Positions 37,768 through 46,194 of a stretch of 64,000 nt of DNA are shown piece after piece (the stretch's first letter is position 1; each line of letters begins with the position of its first letter). The stretch covers positions 1 to 64,000 of the forward strand of contig JAOAJX010000001.1 in NCBI GenBank assembly GCA_026413945.1, written 5' to 3'. The stretch is from Candidatus Iainarchaeum sp. (GTDB lineage Archaea > Iainarchaeota > Iainarchaeia > Iainarchaeales > DTGL01). The notes beneath the pieces were generated by a model. That model was not told where the DNA came from and searched no databases. It saw only the letters and a program-made list of their open reading frames with translations. A program made the translations under genes and the position numbers.

Positions 37768-38276
37768 TGCTTGTTCTTTTAATTTTGCTTTGTGCATTGG
37801 TAGCTGGAGGTATACTTAGCGAAATTTTTGGCAACCAATACTTAATCTTTCATATGGCAGTGTGCATTATAGCATTTTTTACAACTCTTCTTTTACTTAA
37901 AAGGGAAGTTGGCAATGACTTTTCGAGGTACGCAATATACTTTGTGCTTATGCTTGCACTGATTATTTACGCTTTGTTTGCAGTTCTTTCATTAAAGGAA
38001 AATCTAATGGATTTCAGACCGGTGCTTCTAGTGATAATGAGTCTTATAGCTGTAAATCTTATTTTCAGATCCTTTTTTGCGAAGAGCTTTGTTGAGGGAA
38101 AAGTGCTTCTCTGCGATGGCGAATTTGCCGCAGTTGAAGTGCCATTTGATCTTTTTGCGGCCGTAAACCCTGGAAAATATGTGGTGAAATGCGAAAAGAA
38201 TTTCAGAAAAGGAGATGTTGTAAAGGTAAAGATAAGAAAAGGTTTTTTCATAAGAATTCCTGAAAAGGTAATCTGA
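37746..38276 (+). CDS. DUF2101-like membrane protein
   Basis: 4 TM segments then G.V....AAVEVPFDL...PGKYVV...GDVVKV. Confidence 0.65.
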   Translation: MEKKLKLVLVLLILLCALVAGGILSEIFGNQYLIFHMAVCIIAFFTTLLLLKREVGNDFSRYAIYFVLMLALIIYALFAVLSLKENLMDFRPVLLVIMSLIAVNLIFRSFFAKSFVEGKVLLCDGEFAAVEVPFDLFAAVNPGKYVVKCEKNFRKGDVVKVKIRKGFFIRIPEKVI

Positions 38277-38319
38277 GAAGCGATATAATAAAATATTTTT
38301 GTTTTAAGAATAATATTTA

Positions 38320-38682
38320 ATGCTGCTAAGGGAATGCTTATTGAGAAGGATTGCGCTTTTATGCGCTGCTGTCGGCATTATTCTGCTATTTGTGTATTCT
38401 AGTATTGACTCTCCAAAGAGGACAAAAATATCTGAAGTAAAGATAAGTAGCATCGGGGATAAAGTGGAGATAGATGCTATTGTATCTTCAAGCAAGGTTT
38501 CAGGAAATGTCCTAATCTTCGAGCTTGATGATGGAGACAAAATAACTAGTGTTTTTTTCAATCCTAGGATTGAACAAAAAATTATTTTGAGAAAAGGCAA
38601 CTTCGTACGAGTATCTGGAAGAATAGCTGAATATAGGGGCAATCTAGAAATAGTCGCTGAAAAGGTGTTGCTCATTGATTGA
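38320..38682 (+). CDS. Membrane-anchored OB-fold nucleic-acid-binding protein
   Basis: N-terminal TM segment; GDKVEI...G.FVRVSGRIAEYRGNLEI. Confidence 0.8.
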   Translation: MLLRECLLRRIALLCAAVGIILLFVYSSIDSPKRTKISEVKISSIGDKVEIDAIVSSSKVSGNVLIFELDDGDKITSVFFNPRIEQKIILRKGNFVRVSGRIAEYRGNLEIVAEKVLLID

Positions 38683-39856
38683 GCTTCTCTTTTGGATTCT
38701 TGCAGGTTGTTGCTGTGGCATCATAACAGGTACATTGCCAGGCCTTCATGTAAATACACTAGCATTTTTACTCATGCTTGTTTTTGCAGACATGCCAATA
38801 GGTATTGCTGCATTTATTATTGCAATGGCTGTTACACATAGTTTTTATGATTTTATCCCAAGCATAGTCCTTGGGGTTCCGGATGAAGATAACTATTTAG
38901 CTATTCTGCCAGGTCACAGGTATTTTATCAAAGGACTAGCTTATAAAGCAATAATGCTTACAGCTCTCGGTGGTTTATTTGGAACAATTATTCTTTTGAT
39001 ATTTATGCCCTTGTTTGTTGGCTTTTTGTTATATGCAAAAGAATATTTGCCATTTTTAATACCGTGGATACTTATTTTTGTACTAATTTTGGTTGTTCTG
39101 GCATCAAAACAAAGGGCAAAAACTGCTTTTGTAATGGGAATGTCTGCACTTCTTGGAATAGCCGTTCTTACTAATATGTCAATGAAAAATGGTGTAATGG
39201 CAATTGTTTTGGGCTTTTTTTCTATGAGTATCCTTTTGCTTTCAATATTAAATAGGGTAGATTTTAAAAAACAAAAACTTAGGATGGGAAAAGTGGTTAC
39301 TAAAAACGTCTTGAAAGGCTCTTTACTTGCAGTGCTTGGCTCAGCCATTGTTTCAGTGTTGCCGAGCATGGGGCCTAACCACGCAGCATTTATATTGAGA
39401 AAAATTTTTGGTAAAATTAAGACAGAAGCATACATGGTTATGATCGGCGGCATAAATACATGTAACCTTCTATTTTCTCTTTTTGTTCTGCAGATGCTCG
39501 GTAAGACAAGGACTGGTGTTGCCATTGCGTTAAGATCATTTGTAGAGAACAATCAGAACACATTCATTCTTTTTGCAGGGATTGGTTTGGTTTCGGCATC
39601 CTTTTCAGTTATAAGTATAATTTTTTTCGCAAAAGTCATAATAAATAATTTAATAAATGTATCTTACAGAAGGTTAAATGCAGTGACATTTATTGGAATA
39701 TGTTCTTTTATACTTTTATTTGGGGGATTTTTGGAACTTATTGTTTCGCTTGTTGCTTGTGCACTAGGTATTTATGCGTCTACATCGAAGGTTGCAAGAA
39801 GTAGTTGCATGGCTTTTTTAATTATACCCACTATTATGATTTATTTGGGCCTTTAA
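38675..39856 (+). CDS. TctA/DUF112 family permease
   Basis: GTLPGLHVN, DFIPSIVLGVPD, LPGHR; about 11 TM segments. Confidence 0.88.
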   Translation: MIELLFWILAGCCCGIITGTLPGLHVNTLAFLLMLVFADMPIGIAAFIIAMAVTHSFYDFIPSIVLGVPDEDNYLAILPGHRYFIKGLAYKAIMLTALGGLFGTIILLIFMPLFVGFLLYAKEYLPFLIPWILIFVLILVVLASKQRAKTAFVMGMSALLGIAVLTNMSMKNGVMAIVLGFFSMSILLLSILNRVDFKKQKLRMGKVVTKNVLKGSLLAVLGSAIVSVLPSMGPNHAAFILRKIFGKIKTEAYMVMIGGINTCNLLFSLFVLQMLGKTRTGVAIALRSFVENNQNTFILFAGIGLVSASFSVISIIFFAKVIINNLINVSYRRLNAVTFIGICSFILLFGGFLELIVSLVACALGIYASTSKVARSSCMAFLIIPTIMIYLGL

Positions 39857-40221
39857 TGCTGAAAATAAAGAGGAGTTTGTTAGAATGTATTTCTGAAGCA
39901 GCAAAAAATACATACCCAAGAGAATTCTTTGCTTTGCTCGGAAGGTCAAAAAATGAGGTAATAGATGAGCTGATAGTTGTGCCTTCAGTGTACGGAAAAA
40001 CACATGTTTTGGTAAAGTCGCATCTAATCCCAATAGATTCAAAGATAGCTGGTTCAGTGCATTCGCATCCAGCCAACTCTTCAAAACCAAGTGCTGAAGA
40101 TATAGGTTCTTTTCCAATTTTTGGTGAAGTACATTTAATTATATCGTGGCCTTTTAGTATTGAAAATATAAAAGCATATGATGTTTTTGGTAAGGAGATT
40201 CATTGGGTGGTAGTTGAATGA
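39856..40221 (+). CDS. JAMM/MPN+ (Mov34) metalloprotease
   Basis: YPREF..LL, GSVHSHP..S.PS.ED; TAATG coupling to the upstream gene. Confidence 0.9.
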   Translation: MLKIKRSLLECISEAAKNTYPREFFALLGRSKNEVIDELIVVPSVYGKTHVLVKSHLIPIDSKIAGSVHSHPANSSKPSAEDIGSFPIFGEVHLIISWPFSIENIKAYDVFGKEIHWVVVE

Positions 40222-41744
40222 GAAGGATAATAATGGTAATAAGAGATGGTTGGGGACATAATCCTAAAAAAGAGGGAAATGCAATAGCACATGCAAAAAC
40301 ACCAAATACGGATTTTTTAATGAAAAATTTTCCAAGCACATTATTGGAGTGCTCTGGTGAGGCAGTTGGGCTTCCGGAAGGATATCAAGGAAATAGCGAA
40401 GTTGGCCATATGACAATAGGTAGCGGCAGAATACTTTTCCAGCCCATGGTGCGCATAGATAAAGCAATATCCTCCGGAGAATTTTTTAGGAATAAAGCAT
40501 TCAAAGCAGCGGCGGACAACTGCAAAAAACATGGCTCAGCAATGCATATATTAGGGCTTTTGCAGTCGGAAGGGGTGCATTCGCACGAGAGGCATTTATT
40601 TGCACTCTTAGAGTTTTGCAAAAGAGAATCACTAAAGAAAGTTTATGTACATGCAATATTGGACGGCCGCGATGCTCCGCCTACAGATGGGATAAAGCAC
40701 ATTAAGCTGCTGAAAGATAGAATAAAGGAGCAAAACATTGGAAGCATAGCGACCATTTCAGGAAGATATTTTGCTATGGATCGAGACAAAAGATGGGAAA
40801 GAACAAAAAAAGCTTATGACTGCATAGTCTTTGCACATGCAGAAGATGAATTCGAAGATCCTGAAAAAAAGCTTTCTGAATGCTATGCTGCTGGCGAAAC
40901 TGACGAGTTTATAAAGCCGAGAAGATATGTTGTTTATGAAGGAGTAAAAGAACATGATAGCATAATATTCTTCAATTTCAGAACTGACAGACCAAGGCAG
41001 CTTACTCAAGCAATAGTAGAAAATGTTTTTGGGGGGTGGCAAAGAAAGCCGCTTAATGTTTGCTTTGTGGCAATGACTCAATATTACAGTCCAATGAACG
41101 CTTTGGTTGCATTTGAAGACCAACCACTTAACAATTTGCTTGGTGAGATCATAAGCAGGGCCAAAATAAAGCAGCTTAGGATATCTGAAACCGAAAAATA
41201 TGCACATGTTACTTTCTTCTTCAATGGCCAAAACGAAAAACCTTTTGATGGTGAAGATAGGATTCTAATAGATTCGCCGAAAGTGGCGACATATGACTTA
41301 AAGCCAGAAATGAGCGCTTATGATGTGACTGAAAGACTCTTAAAAGAGATTGAAAGCAACAAATATGGTTTTATTGTTGTGAATCTTGTAAATGGTGATC
41401 TTGTGGGGCATACAGGTGTCTGGGAAGCTTGCATAAAAGCAGCGGAAGTCGTTGATGAATGCTTAGGAAAGATATGTGAAGCTGGGTTAAAGAACAAATA
41501 TACTATTTTTGTGCTATCAGACCATGGTAACCTCGAGGATAAAAGTGCTGCTTTTAGCACATCGCATACAACAAATAAGGTGCCTTTTATCCTTGTTTCG
41601 GATGAGCCAATACTCAAAAAAGCAAAATTATTAAAAAATAAGGGACTTCAAGATGTTGCACCAACAGTTTTGAAACTCTTAGGACTTCCAAAACCAAAGG
41701 AAATGACTGGTGAGATTTTAATAAAAAATTTCAGAAGTAGGTAA
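40218..41744 (+). CDS. gpmI: 2,3-bisphosphoglycerate-independent phosphoglycerate mutase (bacterial GpmI type)
   Basis: DGWG, GNSEVGH, DGRD, GRYFAMDRD, ETEKYAHVTFF, DLVGHTG, SDHGN. Confidence 0.96.
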   Translation: MRRIIMVIRDGWGHNPKKEGNAIAHAKTPNTDFLMKNFPSTLLECSGEAVGLPEGYQGNSEVGHMTIGSGRILFQPMVRIDKAISSGEFFRNKAFKAAADNCKKHGSAMHILGLLQSEGVHSHERHLFALLEFCKRESLKKVYVHAILDGRDAPPTDGIKHIKLLKDRIKEQNIGSIATISGRYFAMDRDKRWERTKKAYDCIVFAHAEDEFEDPEKKLSECYAAGETDEFIKPRRYVVYEGVKEHDSIIFFNFRTDRPRQLTQAIVENVFGGWQRKPLNVCFVAMTQYYSPMNALVAFEDQPLNNLLGEIISRAKIKQLRISETEKYAHVTFFFNGQNEKPFDGEDRILIDSPKVATYDLKPEMSAYDVTERLLKEIESNKYGFIVVNLVNGDLVGHTGVWEACIKAAEVVDECLGKICEAGLKNKYTIFVLSDHGNLEDKSAAFSTSHTTNKVPFILVSDEPILKKAKLLKNKGLQDVAPTVLKLLGLPKPKEMTGEILIKNFRSR

Positions 41745-41778
41745 ATTTAAATACTTCTTTTTTTATTAATCGTATAAT

Positions 41779-42207
41779 ATGTCTTTAAAAACAAAAAACA
41801 AAAACAGAAAAGGACAGCTTACAATAGATCTCCTTTTGGCCTTTCTATATCTCATAGTTTTAGTAGATGCTTTGCTTATTATAAATAACAATTATATTAA
41901 AAACCAAAATGAGGTGCTAATAAGACTCCAGGAGAGAAGGGTTGCATATATTATTGCAGAAATGCTTAACGCTAGTAACATACTTTCGGATGGTTCTACA
42001 GAGATAAAATTTAGTGTCCCTGGTATAAGGCATGTTAACAAAACAATGCCGATGCCATGTAATATTAGCATAGGAAATAATTACATAGAAGTGTCAACAG
42101 ATGTGAACGGGCAAACAATTGCTGAAAGAATTGAAATAATAAAACCTACAAATGTTGCAATAACTGGCAGCAAATGTAATAGTGAATTTACCATAAGATA
42201 TACTTGA
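41779..42207 (+). CDS. Class III signal peptide protein (minor pilin)
   Basis: RKG|QLTIDLLLAFLYLIVLV. Confidence 0.82.
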   Translation: MSLKTKNKNRKGQLTIDLLLAFLYLIVLVDALLIINNNYIKNQNEVLIRLQERRVAYIIAEMLNASNILSDGSTEIKFSVPGIRHVNKTMPMPCNISIGNNYIEVSTDVNGQTIAERIEIIKPTNVAITGSKCNSEFTIRYT

Positions 42208-42216
42208 TGAGGTGCA

Positions 42217-42768
42217 TTGATGAAAAAGCTTGGATATATTGCTAGTATCGATTTAATGCTTTCAACCATTTTATTGATGTTTGCGATTGGCTATGCTTAC
42301 AGGGTTGCTGAAGGAAACTTTTATTCACTCAAACAAGACGAGATTTATGAAGAGCTTAGGCTTTTTGGCAGCACTGCCGCTGAGCTGCTAATAAGCTCAC
42401 CAGAGACAACATGTAGATGTTCTGTCAGAACAGGAACAAACCCTGGAGATCCGCACTATGTAATGAATTGCATAGATACTTCAAAGCTAACAAACTTATC
42501 TTCAAATCCTGATGCTCTGAAAAGTGCTCTTAAGGTACCACCGTCTAGATTTGGGCTAAGGATAGAGATTTTTAAAAATAGAAATATTTTAGTTGGTAAT
42601 TACGGTGAGCCAATTCCAAATCCTGCGGAAGTAGCAAATATATACTCTGAGGGGAGAGCTGTAATAATAAATGCTGGTGATATCACAAAAGGCAAGCTAT
42701 TTGAATGTATATCTGGCAAAGAAATGTGTGAAAGACATGTTGCAAAAATAACAATCTGGAGGAAATGA
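42217..42768 (+). CDS. Class III signal peptide protein (minor pilin)
   Basis: KKLG|YIASIDLMLSTILLMFAI; GAGGTG RBS. Confidence 0.75.
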   Translation: MMKKLGYIASIDLMLSTILLMFAIGYAYRVAEGNFYSLKQDEIYEELRLFGSTAAELLISSPETTCRCSVRTGTNPGDPHYVMNCIDTSKLTNLSSNPDALKSALKVPPSRFGLRIEIFKNRNILVGNYGEPIPNPAEVANIYSEGRAVIINAGDITKGKLFECISGKEMCERHVAKITIWRK

Positions 42769-42769
42769 T

Positions 42770-43129
42770 ATGCGTCTTCCTACCCTTGGAAAATTTGAAT
42801 TTCGGATGAAGAAGCGTGGTTTTATATTTACACTCGATAGCATTGCCGCTGCTTGCATAATAACCCTTCTAGCAGTAACATGGTCAATCTCAGTTAAGTC
42901 AAAAGATAGTATGCCATATTTCACATATTTAGATAAAATAGCAATGGATGAGTCATTGGTAAACACATACACAGCAAATTTTGGTTATGATGACTTCACA
43001 CCAAATGACCAAAATGCAAACATAAGCTGCAAGAATTACTTTATTGTAAAAGAAAACAACAGACATAATGATAAGGATATCAATACTTATGTAAAATGTG
43101 TATATGATATTCTGGTGAGATTGCCATGA
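42770..43129 (+). CDS. Class III signal peptide protein (minor pilin)
   Basis: KKRG|FIFTLDSIAAACIITLL. Confidence 0.8.
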   Translation: MRLPTLGKFEFRMKKRGFIFTLDSIAAACIITLLAVTWSISVKSKDSMPYFTYLDKIAMDESLVNTYTANFGYDDFTPNDQNANISCKNYFIVKENNRHNDKDINTYVKCVYDILVRLP

Positions 43130-43713
43130 ACTGGAGGGGTGCAATATACTCAACAATGACCGCAGCAATTGTTATGGTTACAATTGCGCTGGTTATGCAT
43201 TCAAACATATCTGCAATCAATCAGGAATATTATGCAAGTTGCACAAATAATATTTCTGATCTTAAGCGAATATGGCAAAACACAAGATTGGTATTAGACA
43301 AAATATCTGGAGAAGCTCTTGCTGATTATGTAAAAGACCAGAATATTGTTAATTCTTCTTGCGATGCATCACTCATATCTCAGCCAAGCGCTCAATCAAA
43401 AGTGGAAGAGTACATGACAAGTGCATTAAACAGAATGATGGGTAAAATCAAAGGTGAAGTTGGCTGCAGGATACAAAACTTAAATTATAATCCAGCTGCT
43501 GGTGGCACACCACAGGCAGCTTCTGTGTCAATATCATTTACCTTAATTTGTGAACAAGTAGTAAAGAAAGGCAGTAGCAATGAGAATGCTTTTTATGTAA
43601 GTTATTCTAAGAATGTTAATTTTGATAAAAGGGTGGAAACAAAAGGCTCTGACTGTATTGTTGTAGCCTATGATTCGCAATCAAATACTATAGATGCAAA
43701 CACTTGGTATTAA
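43126..43713 (+). CDS. Class III signal peptide-like protein (minor pilin)
   Basis: WRG|AIYSTMTAAIVMVTIALV; ATGA overlap with the previous gene. Confidence 0.65.
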   Translation: MNWRGAIYSTMTAAIVMVTIALVMHSNISAINQEYYASCTNNISDLKRIWQNTRLVLDKISGEALADYVKDQNIVNSSCDASLISQPSAQSKVEEYMTSALNRMMGKIKGEVGCRIQNLNYNPAAGGTPQAASVSISFTLICEQVVKKGSSNENAFYVSYSKNVNFDKRVETKGSDCIVVAYDSQSNTIDANTWY

Positions 43714-44524
43714 ATAATTGCTTAATCCTTTTTGATACGCCACTGCCATATTGAATAGCGTTTTTCCTTTCGTAACATATTTCATCGGGAAGACCTAGTT
43801 TCTTGGCGAGTTTTCTCAGCACATGCTTTCTTAAAAAATCGTTAGGCCCACATATGTTTTCCTTTGGTGGAAATGCCAGGGCAATGAAAACAAAGCTGCT
43901 TTCAAGAAAAGGAAAATGTAGAGAAAGCGAAAAGTTTTTTGCGATGGCTAAATCGCGTTTTATATCTAAATTGCAAACTTTCTGAAGTTTATCTAACCTT
44001 GCAGTTTCAAGACCATCATTACTTTTGCTTTGCAACATGCGTCTGAACTCATCATAACCGAAAAAAAGCTCATCTGCGCCTTGTCCTGAAAAGACGTGCT
44101 TTATATTGTGTTCTTTTATTCTCTCCATGCAAAAGTAAAATGGCACGGCTATTTGCAATTGCATTTTATTCTCTGAGGATATTATTTTTGCAATTTTTGG
44201 TAAAAGCAAATGCAATCTTTCTTCATCAATTATTACAGTGTTAAGACTAAGGTTTAGTAAAGATGCGGCCTTTGACGCTTTTTCGAAAACTTTCGCGTTT
44301 GGAAGACCTACGCAGTAGAGCTCAGTTCTTTTTACTTTTTTAGAGACAGCATACGCTATTAATGATGAATCTAAGCCCCCAGAGAAAAGTACCGCACACT
44401 TTTTTTTGTTAATTGCTTGTGATGAAATTGCTGAAAGAAACGCTAGTTGCAAATTTTCAATTGATGGCCTTTTTGATGCATTGGGCAGCTTAAATAGCAT
44501 ATTTGACTCAAAAAGCGCACACAT
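43688..44524 (-). CDS. Asparagine synthetase C-terminal (ATP pyrophosphatase) domain protein, lacking the glutaminase domain
   Basis: LFSGGLDSS, SGQGADELFFGY, PFL, RK.AIQYGSG. Confidence 0.88.
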   Translation of the reverse strand: MCALFESNMLFKLPNASKRPSIENLQLAFLSAISSQAINKKKCAVLFSGGLDSSLIAYAVSKKVKRTELYCVGLPNAKVFEKASKAASLLNLSLNTVIIDEERLHLLLPKIAKIISSENKMQLQIAVPFYFCMERIKEHNIKHVFSGQGADELFFGYDEFRRMLQSKSNDGLETARLDKLQKVCNLDIKRDLAIAKNFSLSLHFPFLESSFVFIALAFPPKENICGPNDFLRKHVLRKLAKKLGLPDEICYERKNAIQYGSGVSKRIKQLFNTKCLHL

Positions 44525-44640
44525 AATAAACTTTAAAAGCGTAAGGCATAAAACAAATGCATAATTTGCATTATACGGCCTTTTCCGAACAAAAACAAAT
44601 TATTTTAAATTAGTTTGATTTCAATAATATGTGTGATTTT

Positions 44641-46194
44641 ATGAACGACCTAAAAAAGATTTTAATTTCAGTTGCTGTGATTGTTGTTTTGCTTTCTTTA
44701 GTTGTTGTAATTATGGTTTACCAAAAGCCAAATGAATTAGGTGAGATATCTGAAGAAAAGGTAGGTAATTTCTCAAATAATGATAGATTCGAAAAAATAA
44801 ACATTAAAGAATATTCTTCAGTTGTCAGTGCTGAGAAGCCTGCACAAATTATGCTAAAGTTTGCAGAATCTTCATCAAAAGAAAAAGAAGGAACTGAGCT
44901 CACTGTTTATAACCAAAACATGGCGCTGGTAAAAGAGATGAGGGCATTAAATCTTAAAAATGGGCTTAACCTTGTGCAGTATGAGGACATTGCAAGCCAG
45001 ATAAAGGCAGACACTGTACTTTTTACTGATCTTAGTGATCCTAATGCAATAGTAATTGAGCAAAACTACGAGTATGATTTGGTAAGTTTAGACAAAATAC
45101 TAAAGAAGTATCTTGGCAAAACTATAACAGTAACTGCGAAAGACGGAAATTCTTATACCGGGAAGCTGCTTAGCTATAGAGGCAGTGTAGTGCTTGAAAC
45201 AGAGGGAAAAATCATTTCCATATCGGAAGTATCCAGATATGAATTCCCTGAGCTACCAGAAGGCCTTCTTACGAAGCCAACGCTTGTCTGGAAGCTATAT
45301 ACGGAAAAGGAGGGCATCCACAATACTCAAACAAGCTACATAACAAATGGTGTTAATTGGTCCACAAGCTATGTTGCAAAGGTGAGCGCTGATGATAAAT
45401 TTGCAGACCTAACTGGTTGGGTAACTATTTACAATAACTCAGGAACGAGTTATCCAAATACAAGCTTAAAGTTGGTTGCTGGAGAGCTTAACATAGCACA
45501 GCAAGAGTATGTTGTAAAAAGGTATGAGTATGCCGAAACAAAACCCACGTCCGGCCCACAATTCACTGAAGAAGCATTTTTTGAGTATCATCTTTACACC
45601 CTCGATAGGAAAACTGACATAAAGGACAATGAGACAAAGCAAATAAACCTATTAGAAGCGGAAAAAATAGCTTTGAAAAAGGAATACATTTTTGATGAGC
45701 AGCAAGATTACTATTATTATAGCAGCTATTACAACACTTCAAAAGGAAAGGTTAAAACGATGGTCTCATTTGAGAACTCAAAGTCAAACAATATTGGCAT
45801 GCCGTTGCCGAAAGGCATAGTGAGGGTTTACAAAGAGGATTCACAAGGAAAACTTCAGTTCGTAGGTGAAGACTCAATATACCATACACCGAAAGATGAA
45901 AAGGTCAGGTTGTTTTTAGGTTATGCTTTTGACATAGTTGCTGAAAAGAAAGTTTTGGAAACTACAAATGTCGGCGATCGCTGCACTAGAAAATCTTATG
46001 AAGTTAGCATAAGAAATCGTAAAGATGAGGACATAATAGTAACATCGATACAAAAAAATTACTACGCTAGCAATGATTTGCTAACCTCAAGCCACAAAGG
46101 CAACAAAAAGGATGCATATACCTATGAGTTTGATGTCCCAGTTAAAGCCAACAGCGAGACAAAGCTTACATACACGATCATGAGCTGCTGGTAA
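44641..46194 (+). CDS. Membrane-anchored DUF4139 domain protein
   Basis: N-terminal TM segment; LTVYNQNMALVKE, EQNYEYDL, KPTLVW, FEYHLYTL, PLPKGIVRVY. Confidence 0.88.
   Translation: MNDLKKILISVAVIVVLLSLVVVIMVYQKPNELGEISEEKVGNFSNNDRFEKINIKEYSSVVSAEKPAQIMLKFAESSSKEKEGTELTVYNQNMALVKEMRALNLKNGLNLVQYEDIASQIKADTVLFTDLSDPNAIVIEQNYEYDLVSLDKILKKYLGKTITVTAKDGNSYTGKLLSYRGSVVLETEGKIISISEVSRYEFPELPEGLLTKPTLVWKLYTEKEGIHNTQTSYITNGVNWSTSYVAKVSADDKFADLTGWVTIYNNSGTSYPNTSLKLVAGELNIAQQEYVVKRYEYAETKPTSGPQFTEEAFFEYHLYTLDRKTDIKDNETKQINLLEAEKIALKKEYIFDEQQDYYYYSSYYNTSKGKVKTMVSFENSKSNNIGMPLPKGIVRVYKEDSQGKLQFVGEDSIYHTPKDEKVRLFLGYAFDIVAEKKVLETTNVGDRCTRKSYEVSIRNRKDEDIIVTSIQKNYYASNDLLTSSHKGNKKDAYTYEFDVPVKANSETKLTYTIMSCW

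Noticed and set aside
43688-44524. Lasso peptide gene cluster
   Set aside because: No B1/B2 (RRE or transglutaminase-like protease) gene or precursor peptide nearby.
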